DNA of 63,013 nt, the filler included, from Octopus bimaculoides (taxonomy: Eukaryota): the NCBI RefSeq assembly GCF_001194135.2. It is 5 parts of 5 records of this genome, joined end to end, with 100 filler letters (N's around TTAATTAATTAA, not from the genome) between each part and the next. Parts side by side here need not be neighbours in the genome. Positions count along the whole stretch, not along the records: positions 18,777 to 41,043 come from NC_068981.1; positions 41,144 to 54,911 come from NC_068984.1; 3 more parts are not named here. One strand, 5' to 3'. Every line of letters begins with the position of its first letter. Positions within the stretch are counted from its first letter, which is position 1. Of the stretch, positions 40,885 to 53,258 are shown in pieces. The notes under the pieces are model-generated. The model searched no databases and was not told the origin of the DNA. It saw nothing but the letters and a program-made list of their open reading frames with translations. The translations under genes were made by a program, and so were the position numbers.

Positions 40885-41025
40885 GCCTAAGAGTAGCTGC
40901 GTGGTAAGTAGCTTGCTTACCAACCACATGGTTCCGGGTTCATTCCCACAGCGTGGCACCTTGGGCAAGTGTCTTCTACTATAGCCTCAGGCCGATCAAA
41001 GCCTTGTGAGTGGATTTGGTAGACG
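40885..41025 (+). mobile_element. SINE family A head
   Basis: Close match to the other heads. Confidence 0.9.
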
Positions 41026-41143
41026 TGGTATATATATATATATNNNNNNNNNNNNNNNNNNNNNNNNNNNNNNNNNNNNNNNNNNNNTTAATTAATTAAN
41101 NNNNNNNNNNNNNNNNNNNNNNNNNNNNNNNNNNNNNNNNNNN

Positions 41144-41208
<65 letters not shown>

Positions 41209-41636
41209 GGAAGCTGGCACCACTGCATTTAACCGTAACTACTACCTTCATCATATCCATCACCACCCTAATATAAAATCGTATCTTATACGACACAACG
41301 CACCACACCACTAACTACCTTCACCGCTAACACCAACGAATAGCATCACCGACTAGCACAGTTATCAAACCAACAACAATAACAACAATCACACGACGAT
41401 GACGACGACTACAACGATGACGACGACGACGACGTCATCGAGCCGCCACCATCACCGCCGCTGCTGCCACCGCCACCACCTCCACAACCTATAATGCCAA
41501 CCGCCATTACCACCGCTTCAACAATTTTCATCGTATCCAACATGAAGTAAAATGTCCTCACACTCTGGTTCACCTTTTACTTCGTGTTTCCTTCGCCTTA
41601 TCTGTCTTACCATTCCTCACCCGCATCTTTCCTCTC

Positions 41637-41677
<41 letters not shown>

Positions 41678-41800
41678 CTTCTTCTTCTTCTTCTTCTTCT
41701 TCTTCTTCTTCTTCTTCTTCTTCTTCTTCTTCTTCTTCTTCTTCTTCTTCTTCTTCTTCTTCTTCTTTTTCTTTTTCTTCTTCTTCTTCTTCTTCTTTCG
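41637..41800. repeat. Compound (GTT)n-(CTT)n microsatellite
   Basis: Read directly; source of the poly-K/E/F/S ORFs. Confidence 0.97.
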
Positions 41801-42111
41801 TACGTCTGTGCGTCGGAAAACCTGCACAGAACTTCTGTGGTACGGTGACGAAAGCAAGATGGTGTTCAGATGTAAATATTGACTCGGTAATGTCCAACAA
41901 GAAATGAAATACGACGTAAACACCCGACTGATGTTTTCAAATAAAAGATCGCTTTCTCTTTTGCATGAATTTCTAAATCTCATTTCGTTGATTTGTAACT
42001 GTTGCTATTTTATACTTTTTTTAAATTTCTTTGTTACCCATTACTTGTTCAGTATGAGACAACATGCTTCGTTGGAAACCATTTTACTAAGTCGTTTTCG
42101 TATTTTGGTTT

Positions 42112-42305
42112 GCAAGATTCTTGATGTAAATCCGAGTGTTAAAACAAATCTTGTATCTTGGGAGGGTCATTAAAGACCCCATTCGGTCATGAATGACCAT
42201 GAGATTGTACCTTTTGGTTAGCAAAATTATTGATGTAAATCCAAGTGTTGCAACAAATCTTGTATTTTGGGAGGGTCTTTAAAGGCCTCCTTCGGTCATG
42301 AATGA
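42112..42305. repeat. Diverged 109-bp-period direct duplication
   Basis: ttgatgtaaatcc.agtgtt..aacaaatcttgtat.ttgggagggtc.ttaaag...ttcggtcatgaatga at 42112-42196 and 42221-42305. Confidence 0.9.
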
Positions 42306-42590
42306 GTTACCTTCCGAAGCAGAAGTCCGAGCAAGAATGCTTAATAAAGAACAGTAATCACTCATGCATACCAGTCTCCCCTCTCCATGCCACCGATGTT
42401 ATGCAAAGGAAAGGCAAAGGCTGATAGAACTTGGCATCAGTGACGTTGCCACTCATTTCTAGAGCTGAGTGAACTAGACCGACGTGAAGTAAAGTGTCCT
42501 TGCTCAAGAACACAACACAGCTCGGTCCGGGAATCGAACTCACTACCTCAGATTGCGAACCTGACAATCTGATCGCTGAGCCATGTACGT
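42170..42590 (-). mobile_element. SINE family C, long copy
   Basis: tRNA-like head at 42500-42590 on the minus strand; body matches 16810-16980. Confidence 0.8.
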
Positions 42591-43052
42591 TCACGGGAGG
42601 GTCATTTCACCAATGACAATAACACACACTGGTTCAACATCACCTTTTTTTATTATTGTGAGTCAGTTGGTTAAATATCTAACCAACTAACTTTGACACG
42701 CACACACATCATTATCATTGTTATCATCATCATCATCATCATCATCATCTTCATAATCGTCAAAACAACGACCACGTGGTTGCGAAGTAAAAATATTCAT
42801 CATTCGGTCATACCTTTGTCTCCATATATAGTCTATAAGTGCGTGTGTACACACACACACACACACATGCACACACACACACACATGCACATACACACAC
42901 GCACACGCATACACACGTGTGCGCGCACTCGCATATCGGTATTTAGTTGAGTGGAGTCTGTCAGAAAACTGTCTTGGGTCTCTTACTGTTCGTAATGAAC
43001 CACTCAAATATGCCCTCAGTTATAGATGCACCCACTCTCACTAATTGTGTGC

Positions 43053-43119
<67 letters not shown>

Positions 43120-44287
43120 TGTGCGCGTGTCGGTTTGACTAAATATATGTGTGGTGCGTACGTATGCGTCCATTAGAAAATTATATCTCTTTAAACTTTG
43201 TAGGAAATTTTTCTTTCTTCGTTTTGCTTTCATTATATTTTCTTTATTCTTTGAATAACATAATTTAGCATATAGTATAAACAGTCGCAAAAATGAAACA
43301 GCCTTAGTAATAACAACACTAATAATAACAGTAACAATATTAATAATAAAAATAATAATAAAAGCAAAAACAAAACAATATTTAATAATTATAATAACAA
43401 ACAAAAATCTGCGAATGTTCATATGAAAATGAGTTGATTTAATTTCCTTTACTAAGTACTTACTGGAATTGCAGGCTGTTTTCTAGTTTCTTTTTTAACC
43501 GTATTGCTGATAAAAATATTTCCAGTTGACTGCCCACAATATCCTCTTTAATAAGCTGCCTGACTGTTGCCTTAAGTAATCTAGATTACATATTAGACGG
43601 CTTTTGTGCGTTTCGTTGTGTTTCTTAATACCAAGCACAGGTGCTCCTAAATGTCTATATATTTATTTAATACGTCTTACCCCCGGGAATATCATATGCT
43701 TGCGGAGAGAGGACTTTCTTTGCGCATGATGCTTTCTTGATGTGGGAAGAAAGAAGAAGAGAAAGAAAAAGAAAGAAAGAAAGAGAATGAAAGAAAAGAA
43801 GGAAAGAATAAATAATTTTGCTCGGATATCATATGAATAATAATATTAATAACAACTTCGATTAATGTAAATAAATAAAAAAAGATAGAAAGAAATAAAG
43901 AAATAATTTTCTAAACAGATATAAAACAAATATCACTGTTCTTATCAAGTATATTAATAACAAATACAACAAAAACAGTAACAAGAAAAATAAAAGCATT
44001 TGTAAGATTTATGAAAGGACATTAGTGTATCTTGAAAAATGTTAACATTTGACAAGCACGCGTACAAAGCAATGGCGCATGTTTTTAAACTTTATGCTGA
44101 TACATGAGCGGACATGCTGTCAAAGCCGGCAGATATTTCACTTATAATTCGTTGGTTGAATTTTTCTTATAGCTATACTTTTTCATGATAAATCTCCACT
44201 ATGTTAGCAATGTTTATCCTCTTCTGCGAGAGCTAGCAGTCAAATGTTCTTCTTATCATATCTTTAGAGACTTAAGAATAATTCAAG

Positions 44288-44706
44288 GGATGAGACGTTT
44301 TGGCACAGCCGTTTTGGTGCCGCCTCTTTGGTATCGCTGACTCGACGCTGACTTGTTTGACATCAAACGTTTTAATGTTTCACTCGTTATCTCTACCCCT
44401 CTCTCTCTTTCTCTTTCTCTCTCTCACTCCGTGTGTGTCTGGGTGTATATGTGGTTATGCGTATGAGCATCTTAAATATGTGTGTGTGTGTGTGTGTGTG
44501 TAATCTCTTTCTCTCTCTTTGTTTCTCTCTCACTCATTATCTCACTTTCCCTGTCTGTATATCTGTATATTTCTGCGTGTATGTGTGTGTGTGAGTGTGG
44601 TTTCCTCTAGTGCCAAAAAATACTGCCACGAAAATAGGCTGCTCGTCCAGTAAGCCTTGCCAAATTGTCAGCGTCAAAACAGCCGCATCTACTTGTCTCT
44701 TTCCGA
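44288..44706. mobile_element. Possible old MITE with degenerate ~45-bp inverted ends
   Basis: Left end gggatgagac...gccgttttggtgccg...tttgg versus the reverse complement of the right end, ggaaagagac...gctgttttgacgctg...tttgg. Confidence 0.35.
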
Positions 44707-44981
44707 ATAATTATTTGGCTAATATTTCCGAGAGCGGTATAAGCCTAAAGTGAAGCAGAACGGTCACGGCTGGAATGACATTGAACAAAACTCAACTTGA
44801 CCATGAGAACTTTGATTTGTATTATAATTTAACGGTGAAAGAAAGCAATATTGAACGCAACGAGACCTGAACTCACTACTATAGAAACCGTAACTATGCT
44901 TAATACAGCATTTTACTCGATAGTTTAACGACTCCGTCAATTCAGCTTCCTCATTGAATTGATAATGTTGATTGGTGCTAG

Positions 44982-45655
44982 AAGGTGCCAAGACTGGCAG
45001 AATCGTTAGTACTCCAGATAAAATGCTTGCCAGCATTTCTTCCGACTTAATGTTCTGAGTTCAAATGCCGCCGAGGTCGACTTAGCCTTTCATGTTTTTT
45101 TTCTTTTTTTTTCGGGGTTGATAAAATAGGTACCAGTTGCACACTGGGGTTGATGTAATCGACTTAACCACTCCCGCAATATCACTGGCCTTGCGCCAAA
45201 ATCTGAACCCAAAATATTAATTAATGCTTAGGTGGTGAGCTGGCAGAATCGTTTGCATGCCGGGCAAAATGTTTCGCGGCATCTCGTCCGTCTTACGTTC
45301 TGATTTCAAACCTGACCGAGGTTGGCATTGCCTTTCATCCTTTTGGGGGTCGATAAAATAAGTACCAGTTGAACACTGAGATCGATGTAATTTTGGACTT
45401 GTGCCAAAATTTGAAATCAATATCAATTGATGTTAATGCGGCTGGGCTGGCAGAATTGTCATCTTGAGGGGAAAAATGTTTAGCGACATTTCGCTCATCT
45501 TTACGATCTGAGTTCAAATGACGCCAAGGTCGTCTTTGTCATTCATATATTTCGGGGTCGGCAAAATAAGTGTCAGTTGAACACTGGGGGCCTATGTAAT
45601 CGACATTTCACTTCCCCTGAAGTCACTAGCATTGTGCCAAAATTTGAAACCAATA
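44982..45655 (+). mobile_element. Three head-to-tail SINE family B copies (44982-45210, 45231-45420, 45438-45655)
   Basis: Three successive ctggcagaa...gttcaaa/ttcaaa...gtcg...gtgccaaaatttgaaa units. Confidence 0.9.
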
Positions 45656-45769
45656 TTAATTGGTGATAACTAAAAATTTTACCAGAACGCGCTTTTATTA
45701 TCACCACTACTTTATTATCTCCCCTTCTTCCTAGCTCTCCTGTGTGACCCCTGTGTCCGGCATTCGTCA

Positions 45770-45950
45770 TAATAGATCGCTAGCCACTAAACCTTTTTTT
45801 ATTTTCTCTCCGTTTATTTCTCGTGTTCCTTTCTGTCGAAGACGGTAGGCTCGAAACGTAAAAGACTCTCTCATTCCCGAGCGTAAAAGTAATACATCTG
45901 TTTGTTGTTTACACACCCGTCTTCGTCTTATGTTTTTTGTAAATTCTCAC
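45770..45950 (+). mobile_element. Second copy of the hammerhead-like repeat (motif 45829-45864)
   Basis: CTTT-CTGTCGA-A-GACG-GTAG-GCTC-GAAA-CGT-A-AAAG; flanks homologous to 19795-19955. Confidence 0.7.
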
Positions 45951-46090
45951 TATATATATATATATATATAAATATACATATGTATGTATGTATGTATGTA
46001 TGCATGCATGTATGTATGTATGTGTGAGAGAGACAGAGATAAAGAGGGAGAGAGAGAAATTTGGTGGGGCTATACGTTCATATATTGCAG

Positions 46091-46178
46091 ATTTCAAAAA
46101 AGACAAGTCTGTCTGTGCAGTTAAAACACGACGATACTGAGGTTGACAAGGCTGACGTTTTACTTACTTCAGAACATA
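46091..46178 (+). CDS. Candidate isolated exon (ISKKTSLSVQLKHDDTEVDKADVLLTSEH)
   Basis: Acceptor ttgcag|, donor |gtgaga, one open frame; no homology recognised. Confidence 0.2.
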
Positions 46179-46512
46179 GTGAGATAAGTTCTTGAGTTTT
46201 ATTGTAGAAAAAAGAAGGATTATCATTATATATAAACAGTTAGTGGATAATCCTGAGACGACGTGACCGAACTAATTCTGGGCTTTCTTTTTTGTGGGTT
46301 TTATGCTTCCTTTAGATCAACCACGAATACAATGTCTGTATGAAGCTCATGTTTTATAATTTAATTAGCTGACTGCTGACTGACAAGACACCGATAGATA
46401 TACGTTATCTGCTGTAGTCGTTACAAGGTAGTAATTAAGTTACTATCCAGCCGAGTGAATGTTACGGTTTCAATTCCTAGTTAAAATGAATTTTAATATT
46501 TCATCCCGTCTG

Positions 46513-46952
46513 AGGCAGCGAACTGGCAAGATGCTTAGCGGCATTTCATCATTCGCTACGTTCTGAGTTCAAATTCAGCCGAGGTCGACTTTGCCTTTCA
46601 TCCTTTCGGGGTCAATAAATTAAGTGCCAGTTGCGTACAGGGGTCGATCTAATCGACTGCCCCCCTCCCACCAAACTTCAGGCCTTGTGCCTATAGTAGA
46701 AAAGATTATATTACTGATATTTATTTCAATAATTATCAGCAGGCGGTGAACTGGAAGATTTGTTATCATACCAGATAAAATAGTAGCAATTTTTGCGGGA
46801 TTTTCGTTCTGAGTTCAAATTCCGCAGAGGTTGACTTTGCCTTCCATTCTTTTCAGGGAGCAATAATATAGTTACTAGTTAAGCACCGGAATCCATGTAA
46901 TGATCTTGTCTCCACCCAAATTTCAGCCCTTGTGTCTATAGTAAAAAGAATT
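46513..46952 (+). mobile_element. Two head-to-tail SINE family B copies (46513-46708, 46741-46952)
   Basis: Family core present twice. Confidence 0.9.
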
Positions 46953-47069
46953 GCAATCCTACAATGTTGAAATAAGACAGCAGATTGCAGTTGTCATTCC
47001 AACTCTCTGTGCAATGAGTTTAAATTCAAATTAAGAGTGTGTTCACCAAGGTGATTAGCGCTGGCTCAG

Positions 47070-47268
47070 AAAAATCAGTAATCCGGAAACACATCAATAA
47101 TCAATAATCCGGAAACAAATCAATAATCTGGTAACTCATCGGCACTAAAACTTCCGGAAAATTGATATTGTCTATAAATTGTACGTAGGTTTTTGGTTAT
47201 ATACACTTTTAGTTGAAATCAGGTTAGCCGGAAATTCAGGTTAGCCGGAAATTCAGGTTAGCCGGAAA
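47070..47268. repeat. Subterminal-like CCGGAAA motif cluster including a 17-bp unit x3 (gaaattcaggttagccg)
   Basis: Tandem units at 47215-47264; related taatccggaaa and cttccggaaa upstream. Confidence 0.85.
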
Positions 47269-47280
47269 ACTGTCTGCAAC

Positions 47281-47460
47281 CATTTGCATGTGAACGGAGA
47301 GTCAAAACAGCTCGACAAATGGGTACCACACGATTTGAAGGAAAATCAGAAAATGCGCAGATATGAAATTTGTATGTCACTTCTAATCCGTACGCAGACC
47401 GATCCATTTCTCGACCGTATTGTAACTTGTGATGAAAAGAGGATTCTGTACACTAATGCA
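47281..47460 (+). mobile_element. mariner transposase fragment
   Basis: KQLDKWVPHDLKENQKMRRYEICMSLL...FLDRIVTCDEK contains the WVPHEL motif and the first catalytic Asp. Confidence 0.93.
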
Positions 47461-47654
47461 ACAGTGAAAAAAATATTAATGTTAATTTATTGATCCATTT
47501 GGGCAAGTCTATGTCTGTATTATCAGACAATTGCCAAAAAAATGTTCAAAATCTATTCAAAACTCTGCAAAAATCCGGTAAAAATTCTTCGTTGAGAACG
47601 TTGCTAACTTTTTACTCAACCATATACAATATATATATATATATATATATACGT

Positions 47655-47815
47655 TGGAATTTTTTTCAGTTTCCGTTTACTAAATCCTCTCATAAGGTTT
47701 TAGTCGGCCCATGGCTATAGTAGAAGGTTTTTCCCCAAGGTATCTCGCAGTGGGACTGAAACCGGAACCATGAAGATGGGAAGCAAACTTCTCAACACAC
47801 GCCCACATCTGTGCC
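47655..47815 (-). mobile_element. SINE family A head
   Basis: Reverse-complement match. Confidence 0.8.
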
Positions 47816-48201
47816 TATATACATATATTAGAAATATATTAGAAATACTCTGACACTGAAGTCACTGTTAACATAATCCGTTGTACTCGATCATACAGAA
47901 TAGGAGGTAAGTTGATTAAGTCGGATTAAAGTATAAACGAGGCATGAGCTTAGTACAGCATGAAAATTATGTCAATCCCTTAGTTCCCCCTTCAACCCTG
48001 CTCTTTGTACATTTGAAGCGTTAATGCTCAGCAAATCTGGTCAAAGACACTGAAGTGACACAGTCAATCATAGCAATGAAAATTAAATTTTGCTTCCATT
48101 ATCCTTTTTAATTAAAATATCCGAGCACATATTTTAGCTTAAATGAAAAGTTGGTATTCCTAAAATATTGGCTGCGTTTGATATAAATAGGAAGCAGTAA
48201 A

Positions 48202-48435
48202 GTCACGTGGCTTAGTGGTTAGAGTATTCATCTCACGATCGTAATATCGTGAGTTTAATTCCCGGCGATGCGTTGTGTTCTTGAACAAGACACTTTATTT
48301 CACCTTGTTCCAGTCCACACATGTGGCAACAAAGAGTAGTACCTGTATTTCAAAGGGCCAGCCTTAACATATTCTCTGTGGCGCTGAATCTCCATGAGAA
48401 CTACGAAAAGGGTACACGTGTCTTTGGAGTGCCAG
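48202..48435 (+). mobile_element. SINE family C
   Basis: A box tggcttagtgg, B-box-like gagtttaattccc, and CORE-like body. Confidence 0.85.
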
Positions 48436-48503
48436 TTAAATAGGAAGAACCAAGGAAACAAATTGCATCAGATCTTGTATTCATTGATGATGTATTATCA
48501 CAT

Positions 48504-49205
48504 AGGCAGTGAGCTAGCAGAAACGTTAGCACGCCGGGCGAAATACTTAACGATATGTCGTCTGTCATTACGTTCTGAGTTCAAATTCCTACGAAGTCGA
48601 CTTCGCCTTTCATCCTTTCGGGGTTCGATAAATTAAGTACCAGTTGCGTACTGAGGTCGATCTAGTTGATTGGCCTTTCCCCCCAAAATTTAGGGCCTTG
48701 TGCCTGGAGTAGAAAATATTGTTATTGATTTGAGTAAGGCGGTGAGCTTGTAGAAATGTTAGCATGCTAGGCAAAAATTCTTGACAGCATTTCGTCTATC
48801 CAGACGTTCTGAATTCGAATTCCGCCGAGATCGACTTTGTCTTTCAATCCTGTCGGGGTCGATAAAGTAAGTATCATTTAAATACTCGTATCGATGTAAT
48901 TGACTAGCCATCAAACCTCCCATCAAACACTGCTGTCTCCGCACCAAAATTAGAAACCGTTATAATTTTCCTTCGGGTCATCATTATGGCTGTGAGATGG
49001 CTGAACGGTTAGCACATCGGACAAAAGATGCTAAGCGGTATTTATTCCGCCGACTATTTACGCTCTGGGTTCAATTCCCGCCGAGGTCGACTTTGCCTTT
49101 GATCCTTTGGGGGCTCCTAAAAATAAAGTACCAGTCGCGCAATGAAATGGATGTAATCGACCCCACCCAACAGCTAAAACTGCCGGCTTTGTGCCAAAAT
49201 TATAA
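48504..49205 (+). mobile_element. Three head-to-tail SINE family B copies (48504-48720, 48737-48960, 48988-49205)
   Basis: Family core present three times. Confidence 0.9.
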
Positions 49206-49817
49206 TGAATTATTGCTTTAAATCATTATGTTATTGCGGCTGATGCTCTAATACCTCAAAGCCTCAAGCTGTTCTTACTGCTGCTTCTGCTGCTGATGAT
49301 GATGATGCTAGCTAGTCGATAGCGTTCTGCTAAAGTTGCTGCAACGGTTTCTTTTGGTGTAACACCCCATAATATCTGTTGGCTGATTGCTTAAACAGTG
49401 TGGACAGGAGCTGTGCTTAGACAGCTTAAAATATTATTAATTCGTATAACTCTCATAGAACGAGATAAGATAAGGCGCTGCTAAACTGACTTACCTACAT
49501 TATACACAGCTGACATCTGGCGGAAAATGACAGCTACTGTTCAATGTGATATATTCCCATTTACACACATTAATATATATATATATATATATATATANNN
49601 NNNNNNNNNNNNNNNNNNNNNNNNNNNNNNNNNNNNNNNNNNNNNNNNNNNNNNNNNNNNNNNNNNNNNNNNNNNNNNNNNNNNNNNNNNNNNNNNNNNN
49701 NNNNNNNNNNNNNNNNNNNNNNNNNNNNNNNNNNNNNNNNNNNNNNNNNNNNNNNNNNNNNNNNNNNNNNNNNNNNNNNNNNNNATACATATGTGTGCGC
49801 GCGCGCGGGTGTTTGCA

Positions 49818-49910
49818 GGCACGTGGATTAATGCTTAGGGTATTGCACTCATGATAATAAGATTGTGGTTTCGATTCCTAGACCGGATGATAAAGTGCTC
49901 CGTTGTTTTG
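49818..49910 (+). mobile_element. SINE family C head, degraded
   Basis: cacgtgg...tagggtatt...ctcatgat...ggtttcgattcc. Confidence 0.6.
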
Positions 49911-50064
49911 AAGCGACTGGGGTTGCTTCACAGAATTGTTTTTAATTTTGCGGGTGAAATTGAAGGGTTTTCTAGAGGAATCGTTGATGGAATGTGTTCG
50001 GTTTCTTGGCATGTTTCTTTTTTTTTTTCTTTTTTCATGCTTCACTGTCTTTTATCTTTTGGTT

Positions 50065-50249
50065 CAGTCAACAGAGTGCAGCCATACTGGAACGCCACCT
50101 GGAAGAATTTTAGTCGAACGAAACGATCCCACTACTTTATTTTTACGTCTGGTACTAATACTATCGATACCTGCAGCTGAACCGCTAAGTTACGAGAGAC
50201 ATACACATGTCACTGCTGGTTGTCAAGCGGTGGTGGTGGGACAAACAAA

Positions 50250-50250
<1 letters not shown>
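50065..50250 (-). mobile_element. SINE family A tail
   Basis: Reverse-complement match. Confidence 0.8.
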
Positions 50251-50281
<31 letters not shown>

Positions 50282-50284
<3 letters not shown>

Positions 50285-50700
50285 TCAGAATTGTTAGCAT
50301 GCCGGGGAAAACGCTTAGAGGCATTTCGTCCGTCTTCACGTTCTGAGTTCAAATTCTGCTGAGGTCACATTGCCTTCCATCCTTTCAGGGTCGATGAAAG
50401 AAGTTCCAGTTACGCACTGGGGTCGACGTAATCGATTATTCCCACCTTCAAATTTCAGGCCTTCTGCCTCTAGTAGAAAGGATGATTACGTATCTGAGGG
50501 CGGTGAGCTGGCAGAATCGTTAGAACTCCTGGGAAAACGTTTAGCGACATTTCGTCCGTCTTTACGTTCTGAGTTCAAATTCCACTGAGCTCATTTTGCC
50601 TTTCATTTTCTTCGGGATCGGTGAAATAAGTACCAGTTGAACATTGGAGTCGATGTGATCGACTTACAACTCCCCTGAAATTGCCAGCCTTGTGAAATTT
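50282..50700 (+). mobile_element. Two head-to-tail SINE family B copies (50282-50487, 50498-50700)
   Basis: Family core present twice. Confidence 0.9.
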
Positions 50701-53222
50701 TTATTATTATGTAACTTTAATCCACGGACAAGGAACAAATTTTGTAAGAACCTAAGTTTTACAAACCGTTTGGTTTTTCTATTATTGAAATTCAATTAGA
50801 AGTTATTAACTTTCTTGAAATTGCACCGAAATTAGACTACTCACAGTATGGAACCTCAAAAAAAAAACCATGAATAAATTCAAAGTTTAAATATATTTGT
50901 TGAAATCCTTTATTCACGACATTCCTTATAATCCCAACAATTTAGTTTAAAATCATATTTTAAGACTTTCAATCGTATCAATGAATACATTACTTAATGC
51001 GACCCCTCCCTTTTACAATAAAGCACTAAGCAGAAGCGATGACAGAGAAATGGTAAACTATTATACAAATACAGTTCTAGCAATCTACGAATATGCTTGA
51101 AAAAGATGTACAGAGTGTTGTAATCTGCTGTACAATTTACTACTTGAAGCACAAACAGCTAAACTCTGTCCAAATGACTACAGAAATGCTTCCGACGAAT
51201 CATAAATATCATCAGCTATCAAGAAAAATATGATAATCTTTTATTCAATCACGCATTGTTTTACATAAACACAAGAGAAACATTCGTTTCCACCATGAAA
51301 ATATTTCTAATTGTAATTTTCTCGACACAATGCTGTCAATAAAATTTCATTGATTTAGTGGCGTAAGATCTGCCAGAGTTAACATCAATTTTTTCTAAAC
51401 CTTTTACACTGGTTTAACCACTAATCACTTTCAAAGACCAACTTTATCAACATATACACACGTGCACTCACATATTTAGAAAATTACCCACAAAAGCGGA
51501 TACTTCATTTCAACAAGGAATTACTATTTAAATTCTCCTAAAATTCTCAGAAAACCATTAAATGTTGTTCTTAATATCCGTAAATAAAAATGTTAAATCT
51601 TGAGCAAATATTTAGAACAATCACAATTCTGTTTTATACCCAACATCCAATTACTTAACCGACAAGTTAAATGAATCTCATATTTAGAACCTATTAAATT
51701 TCTGAAAAGGTAAAAATTAGCTTAACACATCCAAACACTTTCTTCTTATACATTAATACGTTTCCTTTAATTCCTTTTCCCTTCTCACGGTAAATAGGGA
51801 ATTTCACCAGTGTTATATGCTACATAAAGCATAAGTCTTAACATTTTCTGAAGAACATTGTGTATTCGAAATTTTACTTGTTTCTTCGTTATCTTTATAT
51901 ACATTAGATCATATATAAATATATATAAGTTCCTGTTCGCTTTTAAGCATTATAATTCACATTCCTATTAAATCTAATAATCTAATCTTAGGTTCTTTGC
52001 AAATTTTATCCATGTGTGCGTGCGTGTGCGCCTGTGTGTGTGATTGTGCATTAAATAACTTGGACTTTAATGTTATCAAATAGAATAAAGACTTTTACAT
52101 TTGGTACACAAATTCGTAGCAATTCGTAAGAAATATGATGAGCAAAAATAAATGCATATATAATAATAAAATTGTTGTCTCATAAATGATAATTTAAGGG
52201 CAAGAAAATATATGATGTATCTGTACACATATTTTATAGTTTAGATAAATATTGTAAAACTGAATGAAATTCAGACAAACTACAAAAGCTGTAATCTTGA
52301 AAAGAATTGATACAAACAAGACAATTGTGTAATTGTATTTAAAAAGAAAAAAAAAGAGCATCTATTTATTATTAACTGTGTAACTTACAGTCACGCACAC
52401 ACGTGTGTGTGCATATATGTATGTAATTAAGTATGTGTGTGTGTGTGTGTTTGTGTGCTTGTGTGCGTGTGCATGTGTGAGTGTGTGTGTGCATGTGTTT
52501 CTATATGTATATATATGAATATGTTGTGTACGCGTGTATGTGTGTATAAACAGGGTAATCTAAGTTATAAGCCAAGGGATTTTGCGTATCATTAAAAGTA
52601 TTCAGTGCATTTTGCTGACGCATGCGTTACTTTTACTTAGTTCATTGAAATGAAATAGTTAAAGTTGGGTTAATTACACTTAAAACAAAATGGAAAAAAG
52701 TAATGTTTTGGTATGTAACATCACAAAACTTGAAGTAAAAAAAAAAAAACAGTTGAGGACCCAGTTTTTAAAACCGTTATTATTAATTGAATTAATTTTT
52801 CTTTTATTCTTTCTTTTATGCATTTTTTAAATTCTTTCTTTTAAACATTTTTTCGATGGCCCGATAACTGAGGAGATGCCGGCGTGGGTTTCCGTCCCGA
52901 CATCCGAAACTCGGAGTTTTATCATGGCTACCGAATAATTGTCACATATTACATTTACAGATAAATTTCTCCATTTACATAATATCGAGGGTATATATAN
53001 NNNNNNNNNNNNNNNNNNNNNNNNNNNNNNNNNNNNNNNNNNNNNNNNNNNNNNNNNNNNNNNNNNNNNNNNNNNNNNNNNNNNNNNNNNNNNNNNNNNN
53101 NNNNNNNNNNNNNNNNNNNNNNNNNNNNNNNNNNNNNNNNNNNNNNNNNNNNNNNNNNNNNNNNNNNNNNNNNNNNNNNNNNNNNNNNNNNNNNNNNNNN
53201 NNNNNNNNNNNNNNNNNNNNNN

Positions 53223-53256
<34 letters not shown>

Positions 53257-53258
<2 letters not shown>

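Noticed and set aside
44775-44872. Cadherin-like LDHENFDLYYNLTV peptide
   Set aside because: Bounded by stops within 38 codons, with no acceptor and no other cadherin motifs (A.D.G, DxND).
47843-47906. Perfect GAG|GTAAGT donor with an open upstream frame
   Set aside because: Acceptor is weak and lies in a short local duplication next to a SINE; no other support.
48202-48270. tRNA genes
   Set aside because: The tRNA-like segments are SINE heads that run into SINE bodies and lack a complete cloverleaf.
44982-50700. CRISPR-like or satellite interpretation of the regularly recurring repeats
   Set aside because: Units are ~200-bp diverged tRNA-derived SINEs with no constant repeat/spacer lengths, in eukaryotic DNA with no cas genes.
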